DNA of 64,000 bases from the human T2T-CHM13v2.0 reference genome, Homo sapiens. How positions within the stretch are numbered: position 1 is the stretch's first letter; every line of letters begins with the position of its first letter. The stretch lies in NCBI RefSeq assembly GCF_009914755.1, contig NC_060926.1; one strand, given 5' to 3'. The position numbers and the translations under genes are program-made. Below the pieces are notes generated by a model, which was given only the letters and a program-made list of their open reading frames with translations, was not told the DNA's origin and did not search any database. Positions 41,406 through 54,625 of this stretch are shown here, in pieces.

Positions 41406-42552
41406 GTGTAGTTATGTCATTTGACCAGACTTATGTTAGTCAATTGCCAAGTCAAGATCTGTGCTTTCTTAAGAAGTAGTTAAAGGAAACTAGTATTATT
41501 CAAAGTTTTCATGGAAATTTCTAGGACTCATTGGCCCACCACTAAGAGGTGGCTTTAGGAATAAGGGTTAGTCTACGAGTGAATAGTTTTATAATTTCAC
41601 TTCACCCATCAGGCCCAGTGAGTCACAGACTATTATAATAATGGTCATTGAAAGTATTAACTACTCACACAATATTGAGTTCTCTGACAAAATGAGTTTT
41701 CCCATTGCTCTGGTGACTCAGATGCTATAATCAGCATTGATGAGCAGATCTTGATCTGGTAAGCTGTACAATATAAATTTTATAGCACAATCAGTTGAAT
41801 ATTGCAATAGTAGTTCCTAACTCTTTTATATTAAGTACTGTTTACTGCGTTGCAAAAGTTCCGCTGTGTTCTGCAGCTTAGAAGAGTTTCTTAGCCCTTA
41901 AAAATGGCAGACTTTGGTCATAGTTTTTAATATTCACTTAGAGATTGCATGTGACTTTTTTGTTTTGGACCTCTACTTCATGGCCATGTTATGCTCCTTC
42001 GTTTGAAAGCAATTTTAGGAGTCACTTGCATTTATTGTTTCCATCAAGCCACTGACTCTCAAAGTTACAGATCCCAGTCCCTGTGCTTTTCTAGCATTTC
42101 TTGAAAGCTCAGATCTCCAGAAATTTGTGAATTAACTCTCTGACTTCTAGTTTCTTTCACTTTCTCTTCTTAGATATGCATATAAGAGACTTGAGGGAAA
42201 ACAGCTTCATGCAAAGCATAATGTTGTCCTTAGTATCTTAGGGGAAGCAGAGGTAGGGGCTTAAGGCATGTGTGGGGAAAGGATGATGAAAAAAAAAAAA
42301 GAGCTCATGTTTTTCTAGGTGATTGAAGGTAGCTTACCAGAAGGGAAGCCAGTTGCATCAGTGCCATAAAAAAACAATTTTCCATTGACTTATCTTAGAC
42401 CTTCCATAGACCCCAACAACCCTGAAGGCCATTGTAGAATTAAATTTGTACTCAATAGTGGTTCCTCAACCTTTTCTCATAAACAGGACTCTGATTTTAT
42501 CAAAGGCTGTGGCTGAAGCCACTTTCCCAATTTCTTCCTTTATTTCTTCCTC

Positions 42553-42709
42553 TTTTTTTTTTTTTTTGAAATGGAGTTTTACTCTTGTCGCCCAGGCTGG
42601 GGTTTCAGCATGTTGGCCAGGCTGGTATCGAACTCCTAACCTCAGGCAGTCCGCCTGCTTTGGCCTCCCAAAGTGCTGGGATTACAGGCGTGAGCCACTG
42701 TGCCCAGCC
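42553..42709 (-). mobile_element. AluS (Sq/Sp-like) with a large internal deletion
   Basis: Both Alu termini present, fused at CAGGCTGG|GGTTTCA; TSD TCTTCC(T/A)CTTT at 42545 and 42710. Confidence 0.92.
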
Positions 42710-42977
42710 TCTTCCACTTTCTTCTCTCTTTTCCACCCATCTGAGCAAGAAGGTGTGGGAGGATTAACTGGGAGGCTCTGACTTCATTGGCGAGTACTGT
42801 TATTGCCTTTGGTAAATGCATGCAGCAGCACAGACACCACTTAGCCCCAGGCTGCTTCCATTAGAGTCTCACTGTAGGAATGAGATGGCTCTGTGTGTAA
42901 AATGATTTTTTTACTATACCAGAAAAAAATATTATTAGGGAAGTGACTCTGAATCCTCTAGTTTAGGAATAGTACAT

Positions 42978-43132
42978 TGAAATTAAAAACAGTTTGACCA
43001 TAGCTTAGGAAAATGTATTTAAATGATAAGAAAATCCATAGTCTTATCAAATAAAGAACTGGCAAATAAGTACTAGAATTTAACCTGTTGAGAACTACTG
43101 TGATTTCAAATATTATTACACAAAAAGACAAC
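42978..43132 (+). repeat. Local duplication, copy 1 (paralog at 45670-45835)
   Basis: Shares AAAAACAG.TTGACCATAGCTTAGGAAAAT, AGTCTTATCAAA, ACTAGAATTTAACCT and TTTCAAATATTAT.ACACAAAAAG with copy 2. Confidence 0.93.
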
Positions 43133-45019
43133 TGCAAAGTTATTTAAAGCATAGATTAGCTTACCATCAGTAAATGAGGTATTAGAGTTTAATCACTGCC
43201 CTTAAAATATAACAACCTTTAATTTGTGTTTTTTCCTTCCCAAGAATGATTGGCATTATACATACTGCTGATAAACAAGTATGTATTAGATGCCTTCTAT
43301 TTGTCTGGTGCTAGGCACTATGAAAAATACAGAAAATGTATGAGGTATATCCCCTGTCCATAAGCACAGTCTGTATTTGAGAGGCAATAATGGAAGACAT
43401 CATTACATTGTCATAGGAACTTAGAAAATATAAAAGACAATTATGAGGTAAAGCATCTGGGATGGTATTTCAGGGAAAGTAAGGACAGAAAGCCTTTATT
43501 TGTATCATCATTCATACCCAAATAATGGAGAACTTTACATCATCCCTGAATTAGTGTCTTAATGCACGAAGAATCATCTGATAGTCTCTCTGCAACTCTG
43601 AAAATGCACAAAGATAATTATGCTTGCTATTTTCAGTGGCTGTTTACTTTATTCACCACCTTTATTCAGAAACAGTCCCCTGGGCCTGTCTGTGTCAAAA
43701 CCAGTGAGTCTCATAATAATATTATTTCCCAGTAGATTTCAACAATACTGTATCAGGTAAAGTTATCAGACTGGACTAAAGCCACTGCTATAATGAGAGT
43801 AGTTCATGCTAAGGAAAACATATTACTTTTCCTTTGGAATTTGTTCTGAGTATTTAAAACATAATTAAATATCATCTTGATGGGATCCCTCTTATAAGAT
43901 TAGTCCAGCAAACTGATATTTGGCTTTTCTCCATCCCTTAGAGCATCATTCCAAAGTGAAGCTCTAGAATGAGCTGAAGGTTCATTTTGCGGCAGTCCAG
44001 AGTGCTGTATATAGTGCAGATTTAGTAATGCATCAAAATTCATTGATGACTTCTGTGCATTGGCATCAGTATTACCTCTGTGTCATCCGTAGTTTCAAAT
44101 GACAGGATTAGTAACCAGAGAAATGCTGGAATATGCCCATAAGACCCACTGAAGCTCAATCTCAGTGACATTCCACTTAAACTGGTGAAAAATGGATAGC
44201 AGCTGGATTGCTTGGCAAACTAACAAACGTAACTACAAGAAAAGAAGAACAACTGTAAATTTATTAGATGAACTAAAAATAACCTGGGAGCTCCTAGTAA
44301 ATCTCGGCAGTAGCTAGTTCAACATACAGTTACCAAAGATGGTGTGGTTTTGTTTTTATAAACATTGTGTATTTCAAGAAACAAGGACAGATCCATAAAT
44401 CAGAAAAACTCATTACACATGGGGCTAACCTCAGAAAAGACTAGTGAACACCTCATGGTATAAGGATGTCCTTTGAATATCTAGGGTGTTTTGAAATAAA
44501 TTTAAATTACCTCATGCCTAGCATGGCCGTGGTAAGCCATATCATCCATGAGATTGGCCTTGGAAACTATATGAACCATTGTACTCTTGTCCATTTTATC
44601 AGTTGCACCTAGACTCATTCTCAGAACATACATAGTCATTGCCCCAAAGCTGCTTTTTTGAGGGACAAATGATGCATACTTTGTTAAGGTCTACCTTCTA
44701 AACTTAACTTGATTGCATGAAGTAGAGGAAGGACATAGGCATAGTTGTGGTGGCAGATAGAAAGGGACATTATTCGATATTGGAATATTATCAAAAGTAA
44801 GTAGCTAAAAAATGTAAGTGACTTATACTAATATCACCAGCTAGACATATTTAAGTGCTAATATTTGCTAATGTGAAAATGATGAAATAACAGTCATTCA
44901 CTATTTACTGAGTGGAACAATATAATGCATTATAATAGGACATCATTGTGAGTATTGTTCAAAGGAAAATAATTAAAAATCAAGATACTAATTGTCTGGT
45001 ATTTCACTGTCTGTTGTGG

Positions 45020-45216
45020 TAAGTACTAATGACAAATGGCTGTTTAAATTTAATTATATTTCTAATGTAAATTAATTAAACTTAGGTAAAATTAGGAATT
45101 CTGATCTTTAGTTGTACTAGTCACATTGCAATTGCTCAGTAACCAAAAGTGGATATTGGCTGCCACATCAAACAAGGAAGAACTTTCCATTATCACAAAA
45201 AGTTGTATTGGACAAG
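45020..45216. mobile_element. MER3/MER33-like hAT-Charlie fragment
   Basis: ACTAGTCACATTGCAATTGCTCAGTAACC ... TTTCCATTATCACAAAAAGTTGTATTGGACA. Confidence 0.7.
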
Positions 45217-45669
45217 TGGTTGAGCCTAGGGTTAAATGGTTTCTGTATACCTGAAGAAGACAGGAAACACAAAACAGTCAAGCAAACACAAATGGTTAAT
45301 AACAGTGTAAAAATATTTAGTAAGCTCTCAGGTTCTGTTGAACTTAATGTAGTTACTCTTTATATGTAGAGTTGTCCTCAAATCCTTTGTGAAGGAGCAG
45401 ATGAATACTGGAATTTTAAAAATGAGACAAAGCTTTACAAATGGAAGAAAGGGGTTAGTATTTCAAGCATTCACATCTTTAAAAGGGTATTCAAATGTCA
45501 CTCTTCCAGTCTCATTATTTCAGCTAAATCCACAGAGCTGATAAAAATGAATCTAAGTGCACCCACCAGAAAGGGAGGTACTAAATTGCATATGCAGTTC
45601 TTCCAAAAAAGTGGCCAAAAGATGATGATATGAATGTTGGCTCATCAACCTCTGCTATGGACTGAGGTA

Positions 45670-45835
45670 TGAAATAAAAACAGCTTGACCATAGCTTAGG
45701 AAAATATATCTAAATGAAAAGATCCACAGTCTTATCAAAGAAAGAAGTAGTAGTAAAGAAGTAGTAAGTAAGCACTAGAATTTAACCTATTAGGAACTAA
45801 CTCTGCTTTCAAATATTATCACACAAAAAGGCAAC
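45670..45835 (+). repeat. Local duplication, copy 2
   Basis: Colinear diverged copy of 42978-43132. Confidence 0.93.
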
Positions 45836-45916
45836 CCTAAAATCAGGTTTTGAATTTCTAACTCCCAGTGTGATGGTGTTTGGAAATGGGGCCTCTAGGA
45901 GGTAATTAGCTTATGA

Positions 45917-46140
45917 GGGTAGAGGAGGAGGAAGAGGAAGAGGAGGAGGATGAGGGAGAGGGGGAGTGCAAAGGGGAGAAGAAAGAATAAGAAGGGAGGA
46001 GAAGGGGGAGGAGGAGGGAGGAAAGGAAGAGGAAGGAGAAGGAGACGACAGTGACATAAGAGAGCATTCTCTCTCTCTGTCTCTCTCTCTCCCCCGCCCG
46101 CCCTTCCCGTCTCCCTCTCTCTGCCTCTGCCTCTCTCTGC
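45917..46140. repeat. GA-rich tract followed by a CT-rich tract
   Basis: About 125 nt polypurine, a short spacer, then about 70 nt polypyrimidine. Confidence 0.9.
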
Positions 46141-46349
46141 TATATGAAGATATAAGAGCACAGCAGCCTGCAAGCCAAGAACAGAGCCCTCACTTGGGAA
46201 CTGAATCTACTGGTACCTTGATCTTGACTTTCTAGCCTCCAGAACTATGAGCAATAAATTTCTGTTGTTTAAACCACCCAGTCTATGGTATTTTGTTGAA
46301 GCAGCCTGAGCTGAGTAAGACAACCCCCTTTTGACTTGCAAGTTGCTGA

Positions 46350-47240
46350 AGCATGGTTACATAGTCAGGATTTCTTCAGAGACAAGCTGATTGTAATGCT
46401 GTGGCCTGTCCTCTCTGCAGTGCAGGGCTCGCCACTTTATGCCAAGTGAGAGGCAATTCCAAAGAAACCATGAGTGTACTTGACTTGAGTCTACTGGAGA
46501 TTGGGAGGGAGAGTGGTTATGGATACCTGATTCATGCCTGTAAAAGTGTAAAGCTTGGTGGCTGTCAGCTGAATGGAGTTGCCTATGACAGCAGAGCCAA
46601 GACTGATGTTCTGGAAATGGCCTCCACTTCCAGAGATTAGAAGGACAGAGGTGCATTTTTTTCCTGAGCCTTATGTGGACTCCACAGAAGGGAGTCAGGC
46701 TTAGGTCATCCTGAAGTGGACACCAGCCAAGAGTCCTGGGGTAGATAATCTTTGGGGATAAGGTGATCTTTTGGAGGATATCATGGGGTGAACTACTGAA
46801 ATACAGAGCTGAGGGGAGCTATAGAAACATCATTCAGAAAAGACATGATCCATGCCATAGAATTGCAGCTGGGAGATTCCCAGCAAAGGAATATGAAAAT
46901 TCCTCAAAAGTTTCTCAAAGGAGAAAAATACAGCATTTGGGCATCAGAATCCACAGAGCACCAATATTAAGTCATACCCATACCAGTCAAGTAAGACCTG
47001 TCTGCTATTTACTTCTCCTTTGTCTCCCTACTCTAACCTGGAGGATCAAGAGGCAGTATTGTAAATGAAGGTAAAAGGCTAGAGGAACCAGAGAGTAAAG
47101 AAATTAACTATACCCCGATCCATATGGGGGTACTGAGCCAGTGTCAGCCCTGAGCTGGGAGAGTAGAGAAATTTTCAGCTGGATGAGTCATTACATTTAA
47201 CTGGACTGTTTTTTGAAATACCAAAAGGCAACTTTAAAAA
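46350..47240 (+). mobile_element. Possible ancient LTR (LTR78/MamGyp-like)
   Basis: Weak resemblance near GAGCTGGGAGAGTAGAGAA..GGATGAG..AACTGGACTG; not certain. Confidence 0.3.
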
Positions 47241-48420
47241 GCAGAAGGGAAGAAAGATGTTAAACAGATTGTTTGAAAGGGCCTTGGTGAGAAAGAATCT
47301 GTGGACTTTCTACTCGCAATCCACCAGGACCGATTTATGCAATAAACCAGTTACCAATACCAAACGTTTCTCCCCAAAACAATTAGTACTATATTTTAAA
47401 ATAAAGAGCTGTAAAAATGCACACAATACATTGTCAGGGACGAGCAGATGATTTCCATTCAAATTAACAAACAATATTTCTGCTCATGATTTGTTGTCAT
47501 TGTTCTTTGCAGCAATTAGTCCCAATCCAAAGAGAGGTTGTAAGTAGCCTGGCAACCAAGAGCAGCACCCAGAAGACTTGATTGCTAGATATAGCAATCC
47601 CTCTAACTGCTAACTAGAGGCCAGCCTTTAATTCTTGGTACTTCTGTTTCCACATTTTCATATTGGCAATGAAAACCTCTAGAATATAATTCCCCCCACT
47701 TCCCCACATAAAGCAAGGAGGTTTCTCTTTTTATCTCTCTATGCCTAGTGCCAAGAACAGTGCCTGGGGAGATACTCAATAAATATTGAATGGATGCCTT
47801 TCCTGCCTAGCTCCAGGAATACTGTGAAGATACGATGAGGTGGTAGACATGACAACATGTTTTTTAAGCCTGACACCAAAGCAGAGATACACACAAAGTA
47901 TCATTACACAAGACAGAAATGCTTTCAAATGTCCAGATGCCATTCTTTTCCAAGCAGATTCAACGTCTCTAATCATTCAACCGCAATTTATTAAGCATCT
48001 AACATGCTAAATTGTTTGCTTTGATGTTTTCATTCCAGTAGTACACATGCCATAAGTGAAAGGCTCTTGAAAGGAACCAAAGAGGTAAAGAAAAAGAAAT
48101 TTTGGAACAACAGAAAACAATGTCTTCCTAAGAAAAGAATAAAAAGGATTTTGGGATAACTCTCATGCTACAAAATGAGGAAAGGTGCCAGAAGACCTGG
48201 TTGTTATAGGCATCTAAAAATGGTGCTGACAATAATGTAATTTGAGATCAGTGGACTGGCAGACGAGCATAATATACAAGGAAGCACAGATGCTGGGACT
48301 TCATTGATCACTGAAATGCCACCTGCTAAAATGCCAGAAGGAAGACATAATTAAAATTATGTAATCCAAGGAAGAGCTTTTTTTTCCCACCTTGAAACTT
48401 TCAGAAGTGTTCTCTACATT

Positions 48421-48476
48421 AGTGTGTGTGTGTGTTTGTGTGTGTGTGTTTGTGTTTGTGTGTATGTGTGTGTGTG
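48421..48476. repeat. Imperfect (TG)n microsatellite
   Basis: Direct reading. Confidence 0.92.
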
Positions 48477-50149
48477 GTGATTTCCAAAATGATGAAGCAA
48501 AATAGTTTGCAAGCCATATTTAGATTGAGACAAGTCTGTAAGTCCTAGGGCTGTCTCATCTCCTCTCATATTTCTATAACTGACAATGAGAATGTATACT
48601 TTTGTAATAGCCATTCCCTTTTATAGCCAACGGGGTTCTTGTGAGAGATTATAGAATTATAACAATCATAGAAGACTTACATATACTACACCTGATTTCC
48701 AGCAGCAGACAGACAATGAAATTTGAAAGTATCCCGTTTAGATTCTGTGCCTTGGGGCGAGCATAGGAGGAGAAAGAGAATTTTTTTCCCCATCATTTCG
48801 AAGTCAACATTGTATTTTAACCAAATGCGCACACATATGCCTGCACTTCTTTCCCCAGCTGCTCCTTCTGGTTAATTTGTTTACTCCTGCAAGCTACATC
48901 TTGCCAGTGGTTTTATCAGCCTCTCCTGCTACTATAAATCTACCCCATTACCTCATATGCAGCAGTAAATAATTTGTATTTGTGACTGTAAACAGTGCTG
49001 GCAACCTCTCTGGATGATGGGCACTTGACAGAGCCTGCAGAGTCTTTGTTGGTAGCAGACAGAACTCTGCTGTTTGTGTCCTGTGTAGAGTGCAAATCTA
49101 AAAATGTGAGCTTTACACATTACTTTGACAGTTGCCGCTTACCGCTTTAATGTTGAAGTATAACTTCTTTGGTTGTTATTTTGTGTGTGACTCATACTTT
49201 TGTCATATTTGTATTGAATAATGCAGTGGCAAGCGACATAAAATACAAGAGATTCTGTACCATGGAGTATTAAAGAATGAATCCCAGCAAGGGAAAAAAA
49301 ATCACTACACCTATTTTTAAAAAGCATTTATCTCAACTAACAGGTTTTAAAGGATTAATAAGCGTGCAGTAATATAGTTGAGAAAAAAATTACTTTTTCA
49401 TACATCTCCAGATGCTATGTAATTCTCCATTTGCAAGCTGTGCAGACCACTGCCAGATTTGGGTTATCAGAATTAACTCCTTGGCAAATTAGTATGGGAA
49501 TAAGAGAATTGTTATGCTCCACAGTCTTTTTTATTTGATATTCAGTGCCAGCTTTTCTCAGGTTCTTTTTTCCTTTTCTTTTCATTTATGCACACAAATA
49601 TATATGTGTACCTGAATATCAGGCTATAATGATTTATCGACTTTGTACATGACTTATACACTAATTTTGTAATTATGAGCACAGGAGATGCATGTGCGAA
49701 ACCAGAAGCACTCAGAAACCAGTGTCCATTGAATTTAAATGAAATCAAAATTCCTACTTAAAAGTCGAACTGAAAAAAATATTGTTCTGACATCAGGCAT
49801 AATATACCATTTTTTGCTGCTTTAAAGCACCTTTTTTTCATTCCCTCAGCAATTTTTCAAGCTAAGGCATGTAACCTATAACCTTCAAAGAAACAATCCA
49901 AGGATTATTTGTTATGACTTGAGAGAAAAATATCCTCCATATACAATGCACATCTTAAACCAATAGAATAGGAGGAAAGAAATTTGAGCTGCTGTTGAAT
50001 GTGATCTCCAGTTATTACCAGGATGATACATTGGATTATTTGCCTCTACAGAAGGATTTTCCTGAGAAATTTTGTTCATAGTTCATTGGCTCACTGGAGT
50101 ATGATAGAAATTTGAAACTTGAGGGGCATTCAGGATTTGTTTATCATTC

Positions 50150-50430
50150 TTTTTTTTTTTTTTTTTGAGATGGAGTCTTGCTCTGTCGCCCAGGCTGGAG
50201 CGCAGTGGTGCAATCTTGGCTCAATACAACCTCCGCCTCCTGGGTTCAGGCAGTTCTCCTGGCTCTGCCTCGCGAGTAGCTGGGACTACAGGCGCCCACC
50301 ACCATGCCTGGCTAATTTTTGTATTTTTAGTGGAGATGGGCTTTCATCCCGTTTTGAGGAGGCTGTTCTCAAACTCTTGACCTCAGGTGATCCACCCACC
50401 TTGACCTCCCAAAGTGCTGGGATTACAGCC
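50150..50430 (-). mobile_element. AluSx-like, slightly 5'-truncated
   Basis: Poly(T) followed by an antisense dimer; GACCTCAGGTGATCCACCC. Confidence 0.93.
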
Positions 50431-50624
50431 ATTACCAATTTATAATGGACACAGTGAAGAAGTGTCTGTTGTATTTACCTTTTTGTTTCCACTACCCAGC
50501 ACATTGCCTGGAACATAGACAGTCCTAGTAATTATTAAATAAGTAGATGGATAAATAAATGCAAATAATGGCCTATGTAACCTGACAAATTTACACAGTT
50601 AGGCAGTGACAGAGCTCTCAAGGA

Positions 50625-51260
50625 TGCACATGCACTGCCGATAAGTGTATAAACTGGCAAAAACCACTCCGCAAAATGATGTAGCATTATCAAGTTAAGT
50701 TGAAGATGCACATACCCTGTAACCTTGCATTGCACCCATAGGTATATATCCTAGAGAAAATCATGCTTATGTGCTACAGAATATATACGTTCATTGCAAC
50801 ATTGTTTTAATATATCCCAAACTGGATTCAACCTAAATGTTCCCCAACAGCAAAATGGATAAGTTGTGGTATGTCACAGAGTAGAATATTATATAGCAAT
50901 GAAAGTTAAAGAACCATTATGGCTCAACTTTTCAGACATTATATTGAGCAAAACTGAAAAGTACAAAGGGACACACAATATGATTTAATTTATCCAAAGC
51001 TCACAAATAGGCAAAACTAAACTATTGTTAAGGTAAGTTATACAGAAGCAGCAAGCTTAAGATAATAAGGAAATTAGTACTCTGAAGTGAAGACAGTGGT
51101 TACTCCTATGGGAAAGAAAGAGAGCTGTGGTTGTGGAGGTATACATAGGGTGAGGAGAGCATCTGCTTGTTGGTGAAGTTCTATTTTTTGGCTTGATTTA
51201 GCTTTTTTGTGTGTGTGAATTTTGACTTATTTTTGATCTTAAAAAGAAGTATATGACCTT
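50625..51260 (+). mobile_element. L1ME 3' fragment
   Basis: AGTGTATAAACTGG, GGTATATATCCTAGAGAAA, CAACCTAAATGT, AGGCAAAACTAAACTATTG. Confidence 0.75.
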
Positions 51261-51420
51261 ATAAATGTTAATATTTATAAAAGGTTCATACCATGGAAGC
51301 TACCAACAAAAAATGTCATCTTTCATGACCATAGCTCCTTCAAAGTTTATAAATGTATAAGAGAGTTCAGGCCTAAAATTTTTAGCCACTTTGGATACTT
51401 TCATGTAGTCTTTATGTAAT

Positions 51421-51668
51421 ATTATTTAGAGACAGAATTTCATTCTGTTGCCCAGGCTGGAGTGCAGTGGCATGATTGCAGTTGACTGCAGCCTCGAATC
51501 CCTGTGCTCAAGTGATCCTCCCCTCTCAGCCTCCTGAATAGTGAGGACTACAGGCGGACACCACACCCAGCTAGTTTTTTAAATTTTTGTAGAGATGGAG
51601 TTTTGCTATGTTGCCCAGGCCGGTCTCAAACTCCTGGACTCAAGCAATCCTCCAATCTCAGTCTCCCA
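51421..51668 (-). mobile_element. AluJ, 5'-truncated
   Basis: CAGGCTGGAGTGCAGTGG..ACTGCAGCCTCG..CTCAAGCAATCCTCC. Confidence 0.9.
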
Positions 51669-52259
51669 CTGGCCATTATTTGGTTTCTCTCATCTCTTCC
51701 TTGCACCATGTTTCTCACAACTTTTGCCCACAAATACCCTTCTGCCTTCTTTTTCCCTCTTCCACAAAACCCTCTAAGTTATTTTAAAGATACAGATATT
51801 TGGAAAACAAAAGCAAGAAATATTTGCAAGCTATTCCTTTTCTCTGCCATGCCCCATGCCTCTCCTAATGCAATAAAGTGCAGAGTCTGCTACCTGCTAG
51901 AATGAATGAAAGGGAAACGGGAAAACATTGGGAGGAAAAACATTGAGTTTTTGCCACTAAGTGTTATCGAGCCACACATAAATACAGATAATACTGTGGG
52001 ATAAAAAAGAAAATCAATTAATGGTTAGAGACATGAGAAAATAAGGATAGGCAAACAAATGGAACTAGAAATAAAATTAGCACTTTTAAACAGGATCTTA
52101 CCTAACTGTGAGAGGTAGACAGAAAATTTGGTTTTGAATAAGAGCAAAACATACAGCTGTGAATCCTCATGGGAGAAAAGTATATCACTTACTTGGAAGG
52201 CCCTGTGGCATGCCAGAAATTTTTTTTGTCATTCCTAATTCAAGAGAATACTGGTATTA

Positions 52260-52616
<357 letters not shown>

Positions 52617-52871
52617 TTACTTGTTTTTATTGTTGTTGTTTGAGTTTCATGGCTGCTCCTTAGAGTATTTCACACACAATACAAGCTGAGAGTATAATAC
52701 TAAAGGACTGTTGAGAATCAGGCTATTTTATAAGAGGCCAAAATAATCTGATGCAAGAACACAACTCTAATTTAATTAATAAATATATTTATCGACATAC
52801 CATCTTATTCTAAAGGGGATTCGAGGAGATTACACAAATACAATACACTACAATAAAGAAATAAATGTTTT

Positions 52872-53396
<525 letters not shown>

Positions 53397-53499
53397 TTAC
53401 CTATGGGACAGAAAGGGTAAATTATCTCAAATAGTGAAAATTTTTTTTTATTTAAAAGAAAAAATAAGCACAATGGCCATATGAGTTTCTGATAAAAGC

Positions 53500-53742
53500 A
53501 AGCACAGTGTTGTAATTTAAAAAGCAAAGGCTTTGAGGATGAAGAGACTAGATTTGGATTTCAGGCCTGTCACTTCCACCTGTGTGACCTCAGCTAAGTT
53601 TCCCCCAAGGGCCTCAGTTTCCCTTTCTGAAGAATAAAAGTACCAACGTCATAGGGATGTGAGGCATAAATAATTCCTGTAAAGAACAATGCCTGACTAA
53701 TACCAAGTGACAAATTTATGTTAGCCTCTAATGTTACCATTA
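53500..53742 (+). mobile_element. MIR
   Basis: TGTGTGACCT..AAGT..GCCTCAGTTTCC core. Confidence 0.8.
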
Positions 53743-53749
53743 TTCTTCA

Positions 53750-54625
53750 CGATCATTTATTTAAAATAGATTTATTAAACACTTGCTATATGCAAGATGC
53801 CATTCTAAACACTGGATATACAACAGTGAACAAAACAGATCAAAATCCCTGCACACAGAGAGCTTTATTAGACTAGGGAGAGGCAGATAACAGACAAAAT
53901 ATTTAAATAAAATGCACAGTATGGTAGGATACCATTAAATGCTGTGGGGAGAAAAATCAGAAATGAGGATAAACAGTGCCAAGGTCAGTGGTCTCAGTTT
54001 TAAGTAAGGTAGCTGAAGGAGGTCTCTTCAGAAGGGGTTAGAGAATAGGCGTGAGGCTCTTTGGAGGAAGACACTCCAGAGAGAGGGAGCAGAATGGACT
54101 GTTTATGATTGTCTAAGGAACCATGCGGTGACCAGTTTGGCTGAAGAAAGGGAATTAGGAGGAGAGTGATAGATGAAGTCAAGGAGTTAATGAGGGACCA
54201 GACCCAGTAGGACCTTGTAAACACCTTGTCGCCTTCTGAATGACATGGGAGCCCCTGAAGAATTAGAGCAGAGGCATGATATGATCTGACTTGTAATGAC
54301 ATACGTTAATTTTTCAGTTGAGAACTGGCTGTGTGTTAGGGATGCAGAAGAGTCAAAGGAAATCAAGAAGCTTCCAGGTGAGTAGTAATAGTAGCTTGTA
54401 TCATGGTAGTAGCAGTGGAAGTGGTGAAAGATAGTCAGCATCTGGAGTTTTTTGAAGTTAGAATCAGCAAGCTGTGATGAAGGATTCCATGTTGGATGTC
54501 AGAGGAAAAAAAGAGGAAGTGATGACCCCAGAGCTTTTGGTTTGAGCAAATAGAAGAATGGAGTTGATACTAACTAGATGAGGTAAGAGGGGCATTATGG
54601 GAAGATTGTAGGAGCCAGTTTTGGG
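53750..54625 (-). mobile_element. L2 (L2a-like) 3' region
   Basis: ATTTATTAAACACTTGCTATATGCAAG, CAGTGAACAAAACAG, GAGCAGAGGCATGATATGATCTGACTT, AGAAGAATGGAGTTG. Confidence 0.85.

Larger units (their letters stand above)
45653..46322 (+). mobile_element. MLT1A-like solo LTR carrying a foreign insert and expanded GA/CT tracts
   Basis: Starts TGCTATGGACTGA and ends GCTGAGTAAGACA; TSD ACCTC/ACCCC; contains AGCCTCCAGAACTATGAGCAATAAATTTCTGTTGTTTAA. Confidence 0.88.
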
